Source: an uncultured virus (IMG/VR IMGVR_UViG_3300020048_000049)
Taxonomy: Duplodnaviria; Heunggongvirae; Uroviricota; Caudoviricetes
Reading direction: 5' to 3' (one strand)
Virus record (IMG/VR): IMGVR_UViG_3300020048_000049
DNA: 57,420 nt
The notes beneath the pieces were generated by a model. That model saw nothing but the letters and a program-made list of their open reading frames with translations, searched no databases and was not told the DNA's origin. Of this stretch, positions 30,294-39,876 are shown piece by piece; position 1 is the stretch's first letter; each line of letters opens with the position of its first letter. Position numbers and translations under genes: made by a program.

Positions 30294-30605
30294 ATGAAAA
30301 AAAATAAAATAATAAACTCGATTCTAATTCACAATTTTAACATTTGGAGCAATCCTAAAAGTAAAATCGGCAGACAGTCAGAAGATTGTGAATATTGTGG
30401 AAAGAAGGCTGCCATACCAGCTCTATATGTTCACATTATGACCAGCGGATTAATTGTCCCTAATACAATAACGGAAAAACATATTGAAAAAATTGGACAG
30501 CAAAGCCAAGGATGTTTTCCAATACATGATAAGTGCGCCAAAATACTTATGGGTGACTTTGTAGAAGATTACACTCAAAGGGATTCTTTGACTCCAATAA
30601 AGTAA
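30294..30605 (+). CDS. Hypothetical protein (Cys/His metal-binding pattern)
   Basis: CEYCG...GCFPIHDKCA. Confidence 0.75.
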   Translation: MKKNKIINSILIHNFNIWSNPKSKIGRQSEDCEYCGKKAAIPALYVHIMTSGLIVPNTITEKHIEKIGQQSQGCFPIHDKCAKILMGDFVEDYTQRDSLTPIK

Positions 30606-30639
30606 ATTCTTTTTTTTATTTTCATTGACCTATAGGAAT

Positions 30640-31056
30640 ATGGAAAATAAATATACAGTCGATTACGACAAGAAAATAGTAACACTTCACTTTGATGGTG
30701 AGATTTTTAACTTCAACCTTAACGAGGGGGATGTAGGGGATTTTTGGCACAGCTTTACAACTAAAGCAGGTATTATCAAAGATGTAAACTTCTATCGAGA
30801 AGATGCAGGTGAAGTACCAAACTTTTCAGTCTATGGAGTTAAAAAATCCAAAGGTGGCTTTTTAATTGACACAAGTGATGAGATTTATATCTCTAACTTT
30901 GAGCAGGTGGGCAATCCCGTAAATTACTTTGGAGAAGATGGAGAAGAAATAAGCGAAGACAGAAAGTCATGTGACAATTGTGATAGCACAAATGGTTCCA
31001 ATAACAGCAGTAGTGAATTTCAGTGCAATAACTGTGGACATTCAGAAACTGAGTAA
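30640..31056 (+). CDS. Hypothetical protein with C-terminal zinc ribbon (leaderless)
   Basis: CDNC and CNNC pairs. Confidence 0.75.
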   Translation: MENKYTVDYDKKIVTLHFDGEIFNFNLNEGDVGDFWHSFTTKAGIIKDVNFYREDAGEVPNFSVYGVKKSKGGFLIDTSDEIYISNFEQVGNPVNYFGEDGEEISEDRKSCDNCDSTNGSNNSSSEFQCNNCGHSETE

Positions 31057-31089
31057 TTCTTTTTTTTAAAAACCTAGACCTATAATATT

Positions 31090-31308
31090 ATGGAAATAGA
31101 AAAGCAATATGCCGAACGAGTAATGTGGGAAACCATTAGACAGGATTGTAAGTTACCCGAAGCTGATAACAATGATGGTTTTATCTATGGATTGCACCTT
31201 ATTGACCATGAAGGCGAAGGCGACATATTGGATAGCCAGTGGTTTAAAGAAAGCCAAGAACGAGAAGATTTTATTGTTGAAAATAATTTGGAAATTGTAT
31301 TTGATTAA
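31090..31308 (+). CDS. Hypothetical protein (leaderless)
   Basis: ATG 5 nt after GACCTATA. Confidence 0.7.
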   Translation: MEIEKQYAERVMWETIRQDCKLPEADNNDGFIYGLHLIDHEGEGDILDSQWFKESQEREDFIVENNLEIVFD

Positions 31309-31345
31309 ATAATTCTTTTTTTTAAAAACCTAGACCTATAATGTT

Positions 31346-31618
31346 ATGAGAAAACTAACAGCAAGCCAAAAAAAATTATTGGACCAATTCTTTGAGTCTC
31401 GTAAACGTAAAAACGAAGATGAAATTTCTATCTATGGCTCAGTATTTAAAGCAGGAGACCACAATATAGGTATTGATGAAGTATTTAAACATGATGATTT
31501 GCTGTTTGCCAGACTTGAGCAAATAAATGATACTGAAATTTTACACCAAACAGTTGACAACTATTTAAACGACAAAAGTTCAGATTGGGTTTATAATCGA
31601 AATAACAAAAAAAGATAA
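31346..31618 (+). CDS. Hypothetical protein (leaderless)
   Basis: ATG 5 nt after GACCTATA. Confidence 0.7.
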   Translation: MRKLTASQKKLLDQFFESRKRKNEDEISIYGSVFKAGDHNIGIDEVFKHDDLLFARLEQINDTEILHQTVDNYLNDKSSDWVYNRNNKKR

Positions 31619-31812
31619 TGGCACTATCAACTGAAGAAAAAGCAGAGTTTAATACGTTAAAACGTGAACTATTAGAGTATCATCATTTTGGCTGTACTCA
31701 CTATAATTCAAAGAAAGAACGTTATAACGAGCTGTGGGATAAAAATGCTAAAGGCGTTTTAAAAGCTTTGAACCATTTTGTTTTAATTGAAAAACAAATT
31801 GAACAAAATTAA
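31618..31812 (+). CDS. Hypothetical protein
   Basis: TAATG overlap with upstream ORF. Confidence 0.7.
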   Translation: MALSTEEKAEFNTLKRELLEYHHFGCTHYNSKKERYNELWDKNAKGVLKALNHFVLIEKQIEQN

Positions 31813-31964
31813 TTCTTTTTTTAAAGTTTGCGGACCTATAAGAATAAAAGCGGCCATAAGGCCATAAAGATAATAAATTGTTAATGGGGGTTAACAATGA
31901 GAGGGGCCATCTTCGCAAGGAGTTGGCCTCTTTCTTTTTTTTCTTTTTGTTGACCTATAATAAT

Positions 31965-32032
31965 ATAAGCAGACAGTTTGCCACTGGAGCTTACCCCACA
32001 AAGTGGCAGGGTTAATCCGCTCCTGCCTTATA
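31965..32032 (+). ncRNA. Repeated small-RNA-like unit, copy 10
   Basis: Identical to copy 7, which lies 20 kb away. Confidence 0.6.
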
Positions 32033-32210
32033 TTTTCACTTTGGCTATAATAAGTGGTATAAAAAATATATTTATAGCCAATTCTTTTTTTTCTTTTTGT
32101 TGACCTATATAATTGGTGCATAATATTTTATAAATTTACTATATGTCTGCAGTTTTCTTTTTTTTCTTTTTGTTGACCTATAACAATATAACCTCTAAAA
32201 AACTAAAGAT

Positions 32211-33002
32211 ATGAAAACTGAAAAAAGAAAGCCATTATTAAGTACAAATAATGCTAAAACAATCAAAGGCGCAAAATTAGGCTATATTACATATATCCTT
32301 TATATGTCACCTTTCAAGCTAAACAGTCAAAAGAAAAATGTATGTAGCCATGCATCTAAGGGCTGTGTTGAAAGCTGTTTAGTTGGTAGTGGCTTTGGCG
32401 GTATGTTTACTGCTGTTATGGCAGGTCGTGTGGCTCGTACTGAGTACTTCTTAAAAAACAGAATTGAGTTCCTTAACCAGGTTAAAACTGAGATTGAAAA
32501 AGCTTTAAAAAAGAATAAAGATAAAGCAATTGTAACTATTCGTTTAAATGGTACGTCCGATATTCCATACGAAAATTTACGTGTGTTTGAGGGAAATAAA
32601 AATATCTTTGAGATGTTTCCAAAAGTAAAGTTTTACGATTATACAAAAAACTATTTACGTTTTGATAAACCTTTACCAAAAAATTATACCTTAACTTTCA
32701 GCCGTTCTGAAACTAATCACGACAAGGCAATGGAAATTTTAGCTCGTGGTTTTAATGTAGCAATGGTTTTCGACAAAACTCCTAAAAAGTTTGAAGGTTA
32801 CAAGGTTATTAATGGGGACAAGGACGATTTAAGATTTAAAGACACTAAAAATGTTATTGTAGGTTTACGTTATAAAAAAATGACTGGCAAAGGTGCTGAT
32901 AACTCAAAAGCATTCACTAGTGGCTTTGCTATCAAAACAAATAATGTAATAGCTCTCCCTGTAGTTAAGAAAGCTAAGCAAAAATTAAGAAAGGCAGCAT
33001 AA
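32211..33002 (+). CDS. GP88-like phage protein
   Basis: NVCSHASKGCVESCL, IRLNGTSDI, FYDYTK, LTFSRSE, NVAMVF and GDKDDLRF motifs. Confidence 0.75.
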   Translation: MKTEKRKPLLSTNNAKTIKGAKLGYITYILYMSPFKLNSQKKNVCSHASKGCVESCLVGSGFGGMFTAVMAGRVARTEYFLKNRIEFLNQVKTEIEKALKKNKDKAIVTIRLNGTSDIPYENLRVFEGNKNIFEMFPKVKFYDYTKNYLRFDKPLPKNYTLTFSRSETNHDKAMEILARGFNVAMVFDKTPKKFEGYKVINGDKDDLRFKDTKNVIVGLRYKKMTGKGADNSKAFTSGFAIKTNNVIALPVVKKAKQKLRKAA

Positions 33003-33081
33003 ACATTAAGAAAGGGGGATATTAAAGTCTCCCTTTCTTTTTTTTAAATTCTTTGACCTATAACAATATAAACATAAAAAC

Positions 33082-33579
33082 ATGACTCTAAGATTTTATA
33101 ATAAACTGATAAACTCCCTTGAGAAGGTTGAGACAGTTACGCTTGAAGAAAGAAATGATAAGGCAGATGCTATAGTTGCCATTACGGCAATAATTGCAAA
33201 ACGGGGCGGTTCTGTAACTTGGAATAAAACTAAGTGGAAAGTTACAGAAGCTGTTAAGTCTCCCTATGAATTAACAAGTGAGGATACTATTCATGTAGTG
33301 GGTTCAGGTGGGGTTAAATTGAATGAAAAAATTTGTCAAGAAGATTTACACGAATATTCTATAGTTCACAGAACTAGTTTCATTGATGAGCTTACTCGTT
33401 GGATTACTGAGGCAAGAAGTTCAGACAAAATTTTAATGCAGGAAGATTTAAAAATGTTGATGGATGTAGAAGATGATTACATTTTTAGTTCTAATTCAAC
33501 TAACAAATATATTACAAAATCCGATTCAGAATTTGAGGAAACTTGTAAACAACTAATTGAATTAAATAAAACTTTATAA
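33082..33579 (+). CDS. Hypothetical protein
   Basis: ORF between elements. Confidence 0.8.
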   Translation: MTLRFYNKLINSLEKVETVTLEERNDKADAIVAITAIIAKRGGSVTWNKTKWKVTEAVKSPYELTSEDTIHVVGSGGVKLNEKICQEDLHEYSIVHRTSFIDELTRWITEARSSDKILMQEDLKMLMDVEDDYIFSSNSTNKYITKSDSEFEETCKQLIELNKTL

Positions 33580-33629
33580 TTCTTTTTTTAACTCTCCCTG
33601 ACCTATAACAATATAAAACAAAGAAAAAT

Positions 33630-34208
33630 ATGGAAAATCTATTTATTAAGAACAGCAAATTTGATATTGATAAGTTAAAAGAGAACAAGGAATTTTTACA
33701 CTCCTTAATTGGTCAAATACAAAGCGCATTCATTGTTAGGCATCATCGTGAATATACTCGCCAAGATAGCATGGAAATAGAAATTGGCACAAGAGAACAC
33801 GTGTATCACAAGTTCGAAGTAGATGCTAAAGGCGTTATTAGTTTTAGCTCCCATTCCTTCAGAATTTTAAATAAAGAAGCGGAAAGACTTTTAAAAAAAT
33901 ATCCTAACAGTTCAGTACAGTGGGTAAAAAGTCCTAACTGCTATGTTGATGGTACAGGCATTTACGGCTTTAATAAGTTAGCTGAAACGCCACATTCACC
34001 CAATAGCCCGTATGAGAAAGACCTGTACACAGAAGAACGTGTAAACAGTTCGGTATACAAAGTTAGACAGTTAAAGAAGAAATTTCAATATGCATATGTT
34101 ACTTTGAATATTAACAGTATTACAAAGAAAAATATAGAAAATATTGTAAAAGATATTGTAATAGCTTTAGAAGGTAGTGGGGATGCAAGTTTATGCTTAA
34201 GACGATAA
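33630..34208 (+). CDS. Hypothetical protein
   Basis: ORF between elements. Confidence 0.8.
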   Translation: MENLFIKNSKFDIDKLKENKEFLHSLIGQIQSAFIVRHHREYTRQDSMEIEIGTREHVYHKFEVDAKGVISFSSHSFRILNKEAERLLKKYPNSSVQWVKSPNCYVDGTGIYGFNKLAETPHSPNSPYEKDLYTEERVNSSVYKVRQLKKKFQYAYVTLNINSITKKNIENIVKDIVIALEGSGDASLCLRR

Positions 34209-34260
34209 TTCTTTTTTTAACTCTCCCTGACCTATAACAGTATAAAACAAAACAAACATT

Positions 34261-34485
34261 ATGACTTTAGTTGATTTAAAAGAAGAATACAAAAGAGAAT
34301 TAGGAAACAAGCAATGTGAAAAACAATTGCCAATGGAAGACCTTGACCAAATGTTTGGTGAAATAGATGATGCTACAAACTTGCAGGATTTTTTGGATGT
34401 TGTTGGATTATGGTCGCAGGATGCAGTAAGGATTGGGGCGGCAATGGTTGTCTTAAAAAATGTAATTGATTTACACGACCAATAA
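34261..34485 (+). CDS. Hypothetical protein
   Basis: ORF between elements. Confidence 0.7.
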   Translation: MTLVDLKEEYKRELGNKQCEKQLPMEDLDQMFGEIDDATNLQDFLDVVGLWSQDAVRIGAAMVVLKNVIDLHDQ

Positions 34486-34536
34486 CATTTTCTTTTTTTA
34501 ACTCTCCCTGACCTATAACATTATAAACAAACATAC

Positions 34537-35037
34537 ATGAAAATAGAATTAAAGAAAATAAAAGTAGCTGAACACATGAGTGAAGAGACTACAGCGTTCA
34601 CAGCAGAATTATTTGCCGATGGAAAAAACATTGGCTATGTAAAAAATGATGGTCGTGGCGGCTGCACTGACTACTACAGCAACCCTGATGCAAATTCTAG
34701 AAAAAAATTACAAGAGGCTGAGGCTTTCTGCCAAACTCTCCCCGATATTGACTATGGTTCATTTAAACATAAAATGAATTTAGAAAATTTCATTGATGAG
34801 TTATTGGAAAAACATTTGAAAGAAAAAGACCAAGTTAAGTTAAATAATAAAATGGTTAATACAATCATGTGGGGTGTTCCAAATGGTCACAGCTATATGC
34901 AGGTTAAACTCTCAAAACCATTAGCTGAATGTAACGTAGTCTCCCTGCAAAATACTATTGATAAGTATAAAAAAGAATTTAAGGCAGGTGAACAATTTTT
35001 AAATACAAATCTTGAAGCCCTAGGAATAAAACTGTAA
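34537..35037 (+). CDS. Hypothetical phage/plasmid protein
   Basis: SEETTAFTA...NDGRGG motif. Confidence 0.85.
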   Translation: MKIELKKIKVAEHMSEETTAFTAELFADGKNIGYVKNDGRGGCTDYYSNPDANSRKKLQEAEAFCQTLPDIDYGSFKHKMNLENFIDELLEKHLKEKDQVKLNNKMVNTIMWGVPNGHSYMQVKLSKPLAECNVVSLQNTIDKYKKEFKAGEQFLNTNLEALGIKL

Positions 35038-35081
35038 TTCTTTTTTTTAAACTCATTGACCTATAAGATAAACAAACAGCC

Positions 35082-35444
35082 ATGAAAAAGACAAATTTTG
35101 CCAAGCAAATTCAGGAAGCTTCTGTAGTAACTCAAAAGGCTACGAAGTTTATTGAGAATGCTCCTTTAGAAAAAGGACAGACTCTTCAATTCTATATAGA
35201 AGATGAAGATGATATTAATGAAATGCCTACCGTAACACGTGTAGATAAACACAACTGTTACGATGAGTTCGGAGTGGTTGCTGTATCAAAACCTGAGGAT
35301 AAAGTTTTAATTCACCTGCAAGGAAAAGGTGAGGCAAGTGATGAGACAAAAGTATTTCCAATAACTGAACTAGGTGCTTATTATTCAATGGACGATTACT
35401 ATACTTGCTTACTGGCAGATTTTATTTCAGAAAAACTTCAATAA
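35082..35444 (+). CDS. Hypothetical protein
   Basis: ORF after element. Confidence 0.75.
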   Translation: MKKTNFAKQIQEASVVTQKATKFIENAPLEKGQTLQFYIEDEDDINEMPTVTRVDKHNCYDEFGVVAVSKPEDKVLIHLQGKGEASDETKVFPITELGAYYSMDDYYTCLLADFISEKLQ

Positions 35445-35446
35445 CC

Positions 35447-35743
35447 ATGAACAAAGATAAATTCACAACCGTAGAGGTAGAAACAGAGTCAAACATTGCA
35501 GTCCTAAGACTTGAGGGTTTGAACGAAATAAATACAGATGATTTAAAATCATTCTTTACAGATAAGGTAGAACCAAAACTGGTCGAGGCTTTAGCTGAAC
35601 ACTTCGCTTGTCCAGTTAAGATTAGAGTACCTGCCAATATCAAAACAATGCACCCAGTTACAGTAGAGTACATTATACTGGTCGAGTCAGACGGTGAAGA
35701 CTATCAAGAAACTGTAACGCTAAATGAAATATGGTTATATTAA
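35447..35743 (+). CDS. Hypothetical protein
   Basis: ATG 2 nt after upstream stop. Confidence 0.7.
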   Translation: MNKDKFTTVEVETESNIAVLRLEGLNEINTDDLKSFFTDKVEPKLVEALAEHFACPVKIRVPANIKTMHPVTVEYIILVESDGEDYQETVTLNEIWLY

Positions 35744-35911
35744 AGATATAGAATGCAGTTACGGACACGGTTAGTGAAAGTCGTTGCCACATCTCCAAAA
35801 AGCTATTGGACATGATGATTACCTGAAATAGCGGTTTTATTCTTAGGAGGGGAGGCGAAAGTCTCCCTTTCTTTTTTTCTTTTTTCTTGACCTATAAATA
35901 AAAACAACAAT

Positions 35912-36421
35912 ATGAAACACTTCAAAGTAAATCCAAACAACTACGCCTTATTCGACTACACTCCGTTTTTAGATAGAAACTGCAATCCAGTTCCACGTCC
36001 AAAAAATCCAAAGTATGACCTTGGAGATGTTGTGTATATCAAAACTCAAAACTCTATTGGAGTTGTAATAGGCTGTATCGACCATGTAGGCGAAGACTTG
36101 CGAACTGATGTTGATGGTATGCAATGCTTTGATGATATTGAATTTGCAACTGCAAAACACTTTGAATTAAAAGATGTTTACTTTGCTGATGCTTTGAAAG
36201 AAGAAATTTTTCTTGAGAATAAAAAAGAAAATTCGCAAGTAATTGGATTGGTTACACATATCAAAGCAAAAGACTTTGATTATCATACAGCCAAACAAAT
36301 TAAAAAAATACATCCGCTTGGAACTGTATATGAGATTGGTAGAACTGGCTATGTAGCAAATGGTTATGACTGGTGGAAATTCCCTGTGGCTAAGTTAGAA
36401 TTTATAAATGATAACCATTAG
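35912..36421 (+). CDS. Hypothetical protein
   Basis: ORF between elements. Confidence 0.8.
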   Translation: MKHFKVNPNNYALFDYTPFLDRNCNPVPRPKNPKYDLGDVVYIKTQNSIGVVIGCIDHVGEDLRTDVDGMQCFDDIEFATAKHFELKDVYFADALKEEIFLENKKENSQVIGLVTHIKAKDFDYHTAKQIKKIHPLGTVYEIGRTGYVANGYDWWKFPVAKLEFINDNH

Positions 36422-36468
36422 CTTTCTTTTTTTATAATTCATTGACCTATAATATTAAACTAGAAACT

Positions 36469-37053
36469 ATGGCATCGAAAATTCAAATGGAAAAGTTCAA
36501 CAAGAAAGTTGAAAAGATTGTTTTAGATATGGGCGGAACTTTAAAATCTCCCCTGCCTTACCGTTGGTCTGTTCAAACTAAAGCAGGCAAGTTGTTTGTT
36601 ACAGTACATGAGGCTGAGGCTTCAAAACTGTTTTCTATCTTCTGTTGCTTTGATGACCCTAAATTGGCAAATGAAGTTTTGAGTTCTTTTAATAAATCAA
36701 ACCTTAATCCATATTCAGGAAAATGGAATTATCATTCTCAACATGAGAACGATTGTTTAAATAGCTTTCAAGAAAGTTTGGAAAAAATTGAATCCGAATC
36801 TGAACTCGCAAACCTTTATGACCTTCGCATTCCTTTTAGTTCAGAGATATCAGGTGAAGAGCGAATTGCTCGTGCTATCAGAGATTGTTTTAATAGGCAT
36901 AATGGCAAATTAAATAAGGCATTGATGGATGAAACCATTAAGGTTGTTGGTAAAAACACACCTGCTTATAAAAAAGTTTGGGCAGACTTCAAAAAAACTT
37001 TTGAGATTAAAACAAAAGTTGGTGAATATGTAAATCCTTTTTATATAGAGTAA
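36469..37053 (+). CDS. Hypothetical protein
   Basis: ORF after element; NPYSGKWNYH motif. Confidence 0.8.
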   Translation: MASKIQMEKFNKKVEKIVLDMGGTLKSPLPYRWSVQTKAGKLFVTVHEAEASKLFSIFCCFDDPKLANEVLSSFNKSNLNPYSGKWNYHSQHENDCLNSFQESLEKIESESELANLYDLRIPFSSEISGEERIARAIRDCFNRHNGKLNKALMDETIKVVGKNTPAYKKVWADFKKTFEIKTKVGEYVNPFYIE

Positions 37054-37223
37054 AATATTACGCATAATCAAATACTGACAGCACACCCTAGGGACAGCAC
37101 ACTATGAATTGATTATGTTGTATAAGATGAAGTGGCAAAGCTTTGTCTTTGAGAGGGGGAGTTTTTGCTAAACTCTCCCTTTCTTTTTTTTCCTAATTCT
37201 AACCTATAATAAAAAACAAAAAC

Positions 37224-37490
37224 ATGAAAACAAAATTCTTATACATAGAAGTAGTTGAAACAAATGGTGAAAGAGAATATACTCACCGAGTTTTAAGAGA
37301 AGTATCTTCTCAAATAAAAGATATGGCTGCTTGGGCAGATAAAAATATAGCTGCTGGAATTTATGGCGATAAACCTAAAAACGTTGACGGCAAATGGGAG
37401 TATAGTGATGGAGAAGTTATTTGCGAGTTATATAAAGTTATGGAAATAACTAAAATGCAATATGAAGTTTTAACTAAATTTATTCAATAA
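37224..37490 (+). CDS. Hypothetical protein
   Basis: Follows variant element (AACCTATA). Confidence 0.75.
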   Translation: MKTKFLYIEVVETNGEREYTHRVLREVSSQIKDMAAWADKNIAAGIYGDKPKNVDGKWEYSDGEVICELYKVMEITKMQYEVLTKFIQ

Positions 37491-37523
37491 TTCTTTTTTT
37501 TAAATAACCTGACCTATAAAGAC

Positions 37524-37892
37524 ATGAGTATAACAAAAAAAGTACCAGACATAAATCATGCAACTCCATGGACTTGCACTGACCCTGATAATTTTCAGTA
37601 CGGACGTAAACTCTCCCCAGGCGTTTATCAATTCAAAGAATGGATTGGTGGAGGTAAGTTGGATGAAAAAGTAACAGAAACTATTGAGAAAGAATTTAAT
37701 GTATCTGGCAATTGGGAAGAAGATACCATTGTTCTGGCAAACTTCAATGAGCAGGAAATTCGTGGACACGTCTCAGCCTACTACAATTCATTAGAGGAGC
37801 TTAAAGAAATTTATAGTGACAAATCAAATGTTGTAGATTGGGAATGGATTGTTGCTGAGTGTATTTTTGAACAGCAAAGCAAATTGTATTAA
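37524..37892 (+). CDS. Hypothetical protein (leaderless)
   Basis: WTCTDPDNFQY...IVAECIFE. Confidence 0.8.
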   Translation: MSITKKVPDINHATPWTCTDPDNFQYGRKLSPGVYQFKEWIGGGKLDEKVTETIEKEFNVSGNWEEDTIVLANFNEQEIRGHVSAYYNSLEELKEIYSDKSNVVDWEWIVAECIFEQQSKLY

Positions 37893-37925
37893 TTCTTTTT
37901 TTTAAATAACCTGACCTATAACAAC

Positions 37926-38213
37926 ATGAAACAAAACGTAGCAACCAGAGAAGAAATGTTAGCCCAAATTAATAAGGCTTATCCAAAGTTATTCACAAAG
38001 ACCACAGAGGAATTTGATGGCGGAAAAGGAGGAATCTGGAGCAGCGGAGAATCTGGTGTTACAGCTAAGGATGGTTATAGACTATTCAATTACTATGCAG
38101 AAGGTAATAAATATGACATAGGCGTTCATAATGAAATTGGAAAGCTGCTTGAAAAAAATGGGTGGTACGCTGAGTGGTATGATTGTGGAACCATTATGTT
38201 CTGGCTAATCTAA
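37926..38213 (+). CDS. Hypothetical protein (leaderless)
   Basis: GWYAEWYDCGT motif. Confidence 0.8.
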   Translation: MKQNVATREEMLAQINKAYPKLFTKTTEEFDGGKGGIWSSGESGVTAKDGYRLFNYYAEGNKYDIGVHNEIGKLLEKNGWYAEWYDCGTIMFWLI

Positions 38214-38254
38214 TTCTTTTTTTATAAATCATTGACCTATAAATAAAAAACAAC

Positions 38255-38452
38255 ATGGCACAGACACGTAAAGAACAGGCATTAAAAATTATTGCCAAGC
38301 AAATAAAAGAACTTGATAACAATGATATTTTGTTACAGGAAGTAGGTTTTCGTTTTCACAGCCAAGAAATAAGATTGCGCCTGTGGGATATGATTACTAC
38401 TAATGGCTATACATTAGAGGCAAACACTTATAAACTTATTGAGAAAAAATAG
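38255..38452 (+). CDS. Hypothetical protein
   Basis: ORF after element. Confidence 0.7.
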   Translation: MAQTRKEQALKIIAKQIKELDNNDILLQEVGFRFHSQEIRLRLWDMITTNGYTLEANTYKLIEKK

Positions 38453-38454
38453 TT

Positions 38455-38730
38455 ATGGGAATAGCAACAGCAAAAAAACCGTGGTACAGAATTAGTAAGG
38501 ATGTTGAATATTCAACCGACTTCAAGTTTTTCAAAGAACACCAAGTTATGCTTTATAACCATGGCACGATAAATAACTTCAACAGCCGTCTTGAAACAAA
38601 ATGTTTTCGTACAGTTAACTCAGTTTTCAGCAATGGAGAAATACCTCAACCTGATTCTGATTTAATCCTAATGCAAATTCATAAGGAAATTTTAGCAGGT
38701 AAACATGGTGTAGGTAAACTAGTAGATTAA
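38455..38730 (+). CDS. Hypothetical protein
   Basis: ORF ending at the next element. Confidence 0.7.
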   Translation: MGIATAKKPWYRISKDVEYSTDFKFFKEHQVMLYNHGTINNFNSRLETKCFRTVNSVFSNGEIPQPDSDLILMQIHKEILAGKHGVGKLVD

Positions 38731-38764
38731 ATTCTTTTTTTAAATATCTTTGACCTATAACATT

Positions 38765-38971
38765 ATGAAAGACTTAAACAAACAGGCAGATGGCTATTGC
38801 GAAGTTCGTAAGGACTTGTTAAAAAAAGGATTGGCTGTCTCAATTGGAGATAAGTACTGCTCTCCCTCTCAAAAACTCCAATACCGTTGGAATGAAGATG
38901 ATACAGTTTTCCAAGTATTGTACTGTGGTGAATGGCAAGATGCCGAATCAATTGATTTTAATTTTAAATAA
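38765..38971 (+). CDS. Hypothetical protein (leaderless)
   Basis: ATG 5 nt after GACCTATA. Confidence 0.7.
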   Translation: MKDLNKQADGYCEVRKDLLKKGLAVSIGDKYCSPSQKLQYRWNEDDTVFQVLYCGEWQDAESIDFNFK

Positions 38972-38972
38972 C

Positions 38973-39293
38973 ATGGAAAATTTTTGGTGTAAAATAGGAT
39001 TGCATGATTGGTATAAAGGAAGTTTTTCTTTTCCTGTCTGGGGTAGATATGAAAGACATTGTTTGTGCTGTGATAAAAAACAATACAGAGTATATAAACC
39101 AAAAGGTAAATGGATAACTTTTTTATTCATAGTCTCCCTGTTTTTTGTTTCATGTCAAACAAAAACTGAAACTCAAGTTCAAGCTGAAAAAATTCAACAG
39201 CAGGCAAGAGCTGAAATGAATAATCTCCCTGTACCTGCTATTGACTCAGCAGATATTGACTGGGGCGCACCTGAATCAACTTGTCATCATTAG
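38973..39293 (+). CDS. Hypothetical protein with internal hydrophobic segment
   Basis: CKIGLHDW N-terminus; ITFLFIVSLFFVSC. Confidence 0.6.
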   Translation: MENFWCKIGLHDWYKGSFSFPVWGRYERHCLCCDKKQYRVYKPKGKWITFLFIVSLFFVSCQTKTETQVQAEKIQQQARAEMNNLPVPAIDSADIDWGAPESTCHH

Positions 39294-39296
39294 TAG

Positions 39297-39369
39297 TAAC
39301 CCATATCGGAATCGAACCGATATTCCAAGCTTGAGGGGCTTGTTTCCTATTCCATTAGAAGAATGGGTC
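39297..39369 (-). tRNA. tRNA-Glu(CTC)
   Basis: Acceptor GACCCAT/ATGGGTT; CAAGC-CC-CTC-AA-GCTTG; ATCGG-TTCGATT-CCGAT. Confidence 0.9.
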
Positions 39370-39374
39370 ATTTG

Positions 39375-39445
39375 TAGCGCCACGGATAATTGAAATCCGA
39401 TTTACGAGGTGAAAGCCCGTTGTCCTACCCTTAGACGATGGCGCC
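39375..39445 (-). tRNA. tRNA-Glu(TTC), atypical T arm
   Basis: GGCGCCA/TGGCGCT; ACGGG-CT-TTC-AC-CTCGT; CGGAT-TTCAATT-ATCCG. Confidence 0.85.
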
Positions 39446-39453
39446 ATTTTTTG

Positions 39454-39527
39454 TATCCCTGACGGTAATCGAAACCGCATCTGCTGATTGAAAGTCAACT
39501 ATCCTGTACCACTTAGAAGACAGGGAC
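39454..39527 (-). tRNA. tRNA-Glu(TTC), atypical T arm
   Basis: GTCCCTG/CAGGGAT; GTTGA-CT-TTC-AA-TCAGC; GCGGT-TTCGATT-ACCGT. Confidence 0.85.
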
Positions 39528-39723
39528 AAATTTATATATAAAAAAAAAGAGGCAATCATTTCTGACTACCTCTCGCAATAAGTGGGCTTCACACCCTAAA
39601 CTTCCTTATTAACACAAAGCATAGCCAGTAACTAGAGTTTCCTCTTGTTCGGCTAAACGTTCTATGTTAATTAAATTTCTCATTTTGTTTTGTTCTTTTT
39701 ACTTTTTGTGTTCTTTGGTCTTG

Positions 39724-39797
39724 TAGCAGGAGAGCGATTCGAACGCCCGATTTCCACATTATGAGCGTGGTGAGATAAACCCCTTCTCCATCCTGCA
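39724..39797 (-). tRNA. tRNA-Met(CAT), initiator-like
   Basis: TGCAGGA/TCCTGCT with 1:72 mismatch; A11-U24; CCACG-CT-CAT-AA-TGTGG; TTCGAAT loop. Confidence 0.9.
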
Positions 39798-39837
39798 ATG
39801 TATCTTTAAATAGTTTACTTTTTTATTAATTAATAAG

Positions 39838-39876
39838 TTATACGCAAATATATAATTAAAGTTTCAAAAAAACAAG
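39838..39876 (-). promoter_or_regulatory. Overlapping ECF-type and Bacteroidota sigma-A-type promoters upstream of the tRNA cluster
   Basis: GAAAC-N16-CGTATAA (39865-39838) and CTTG-N20-TATATTTG (39876-39845). Confidence 0.65.
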
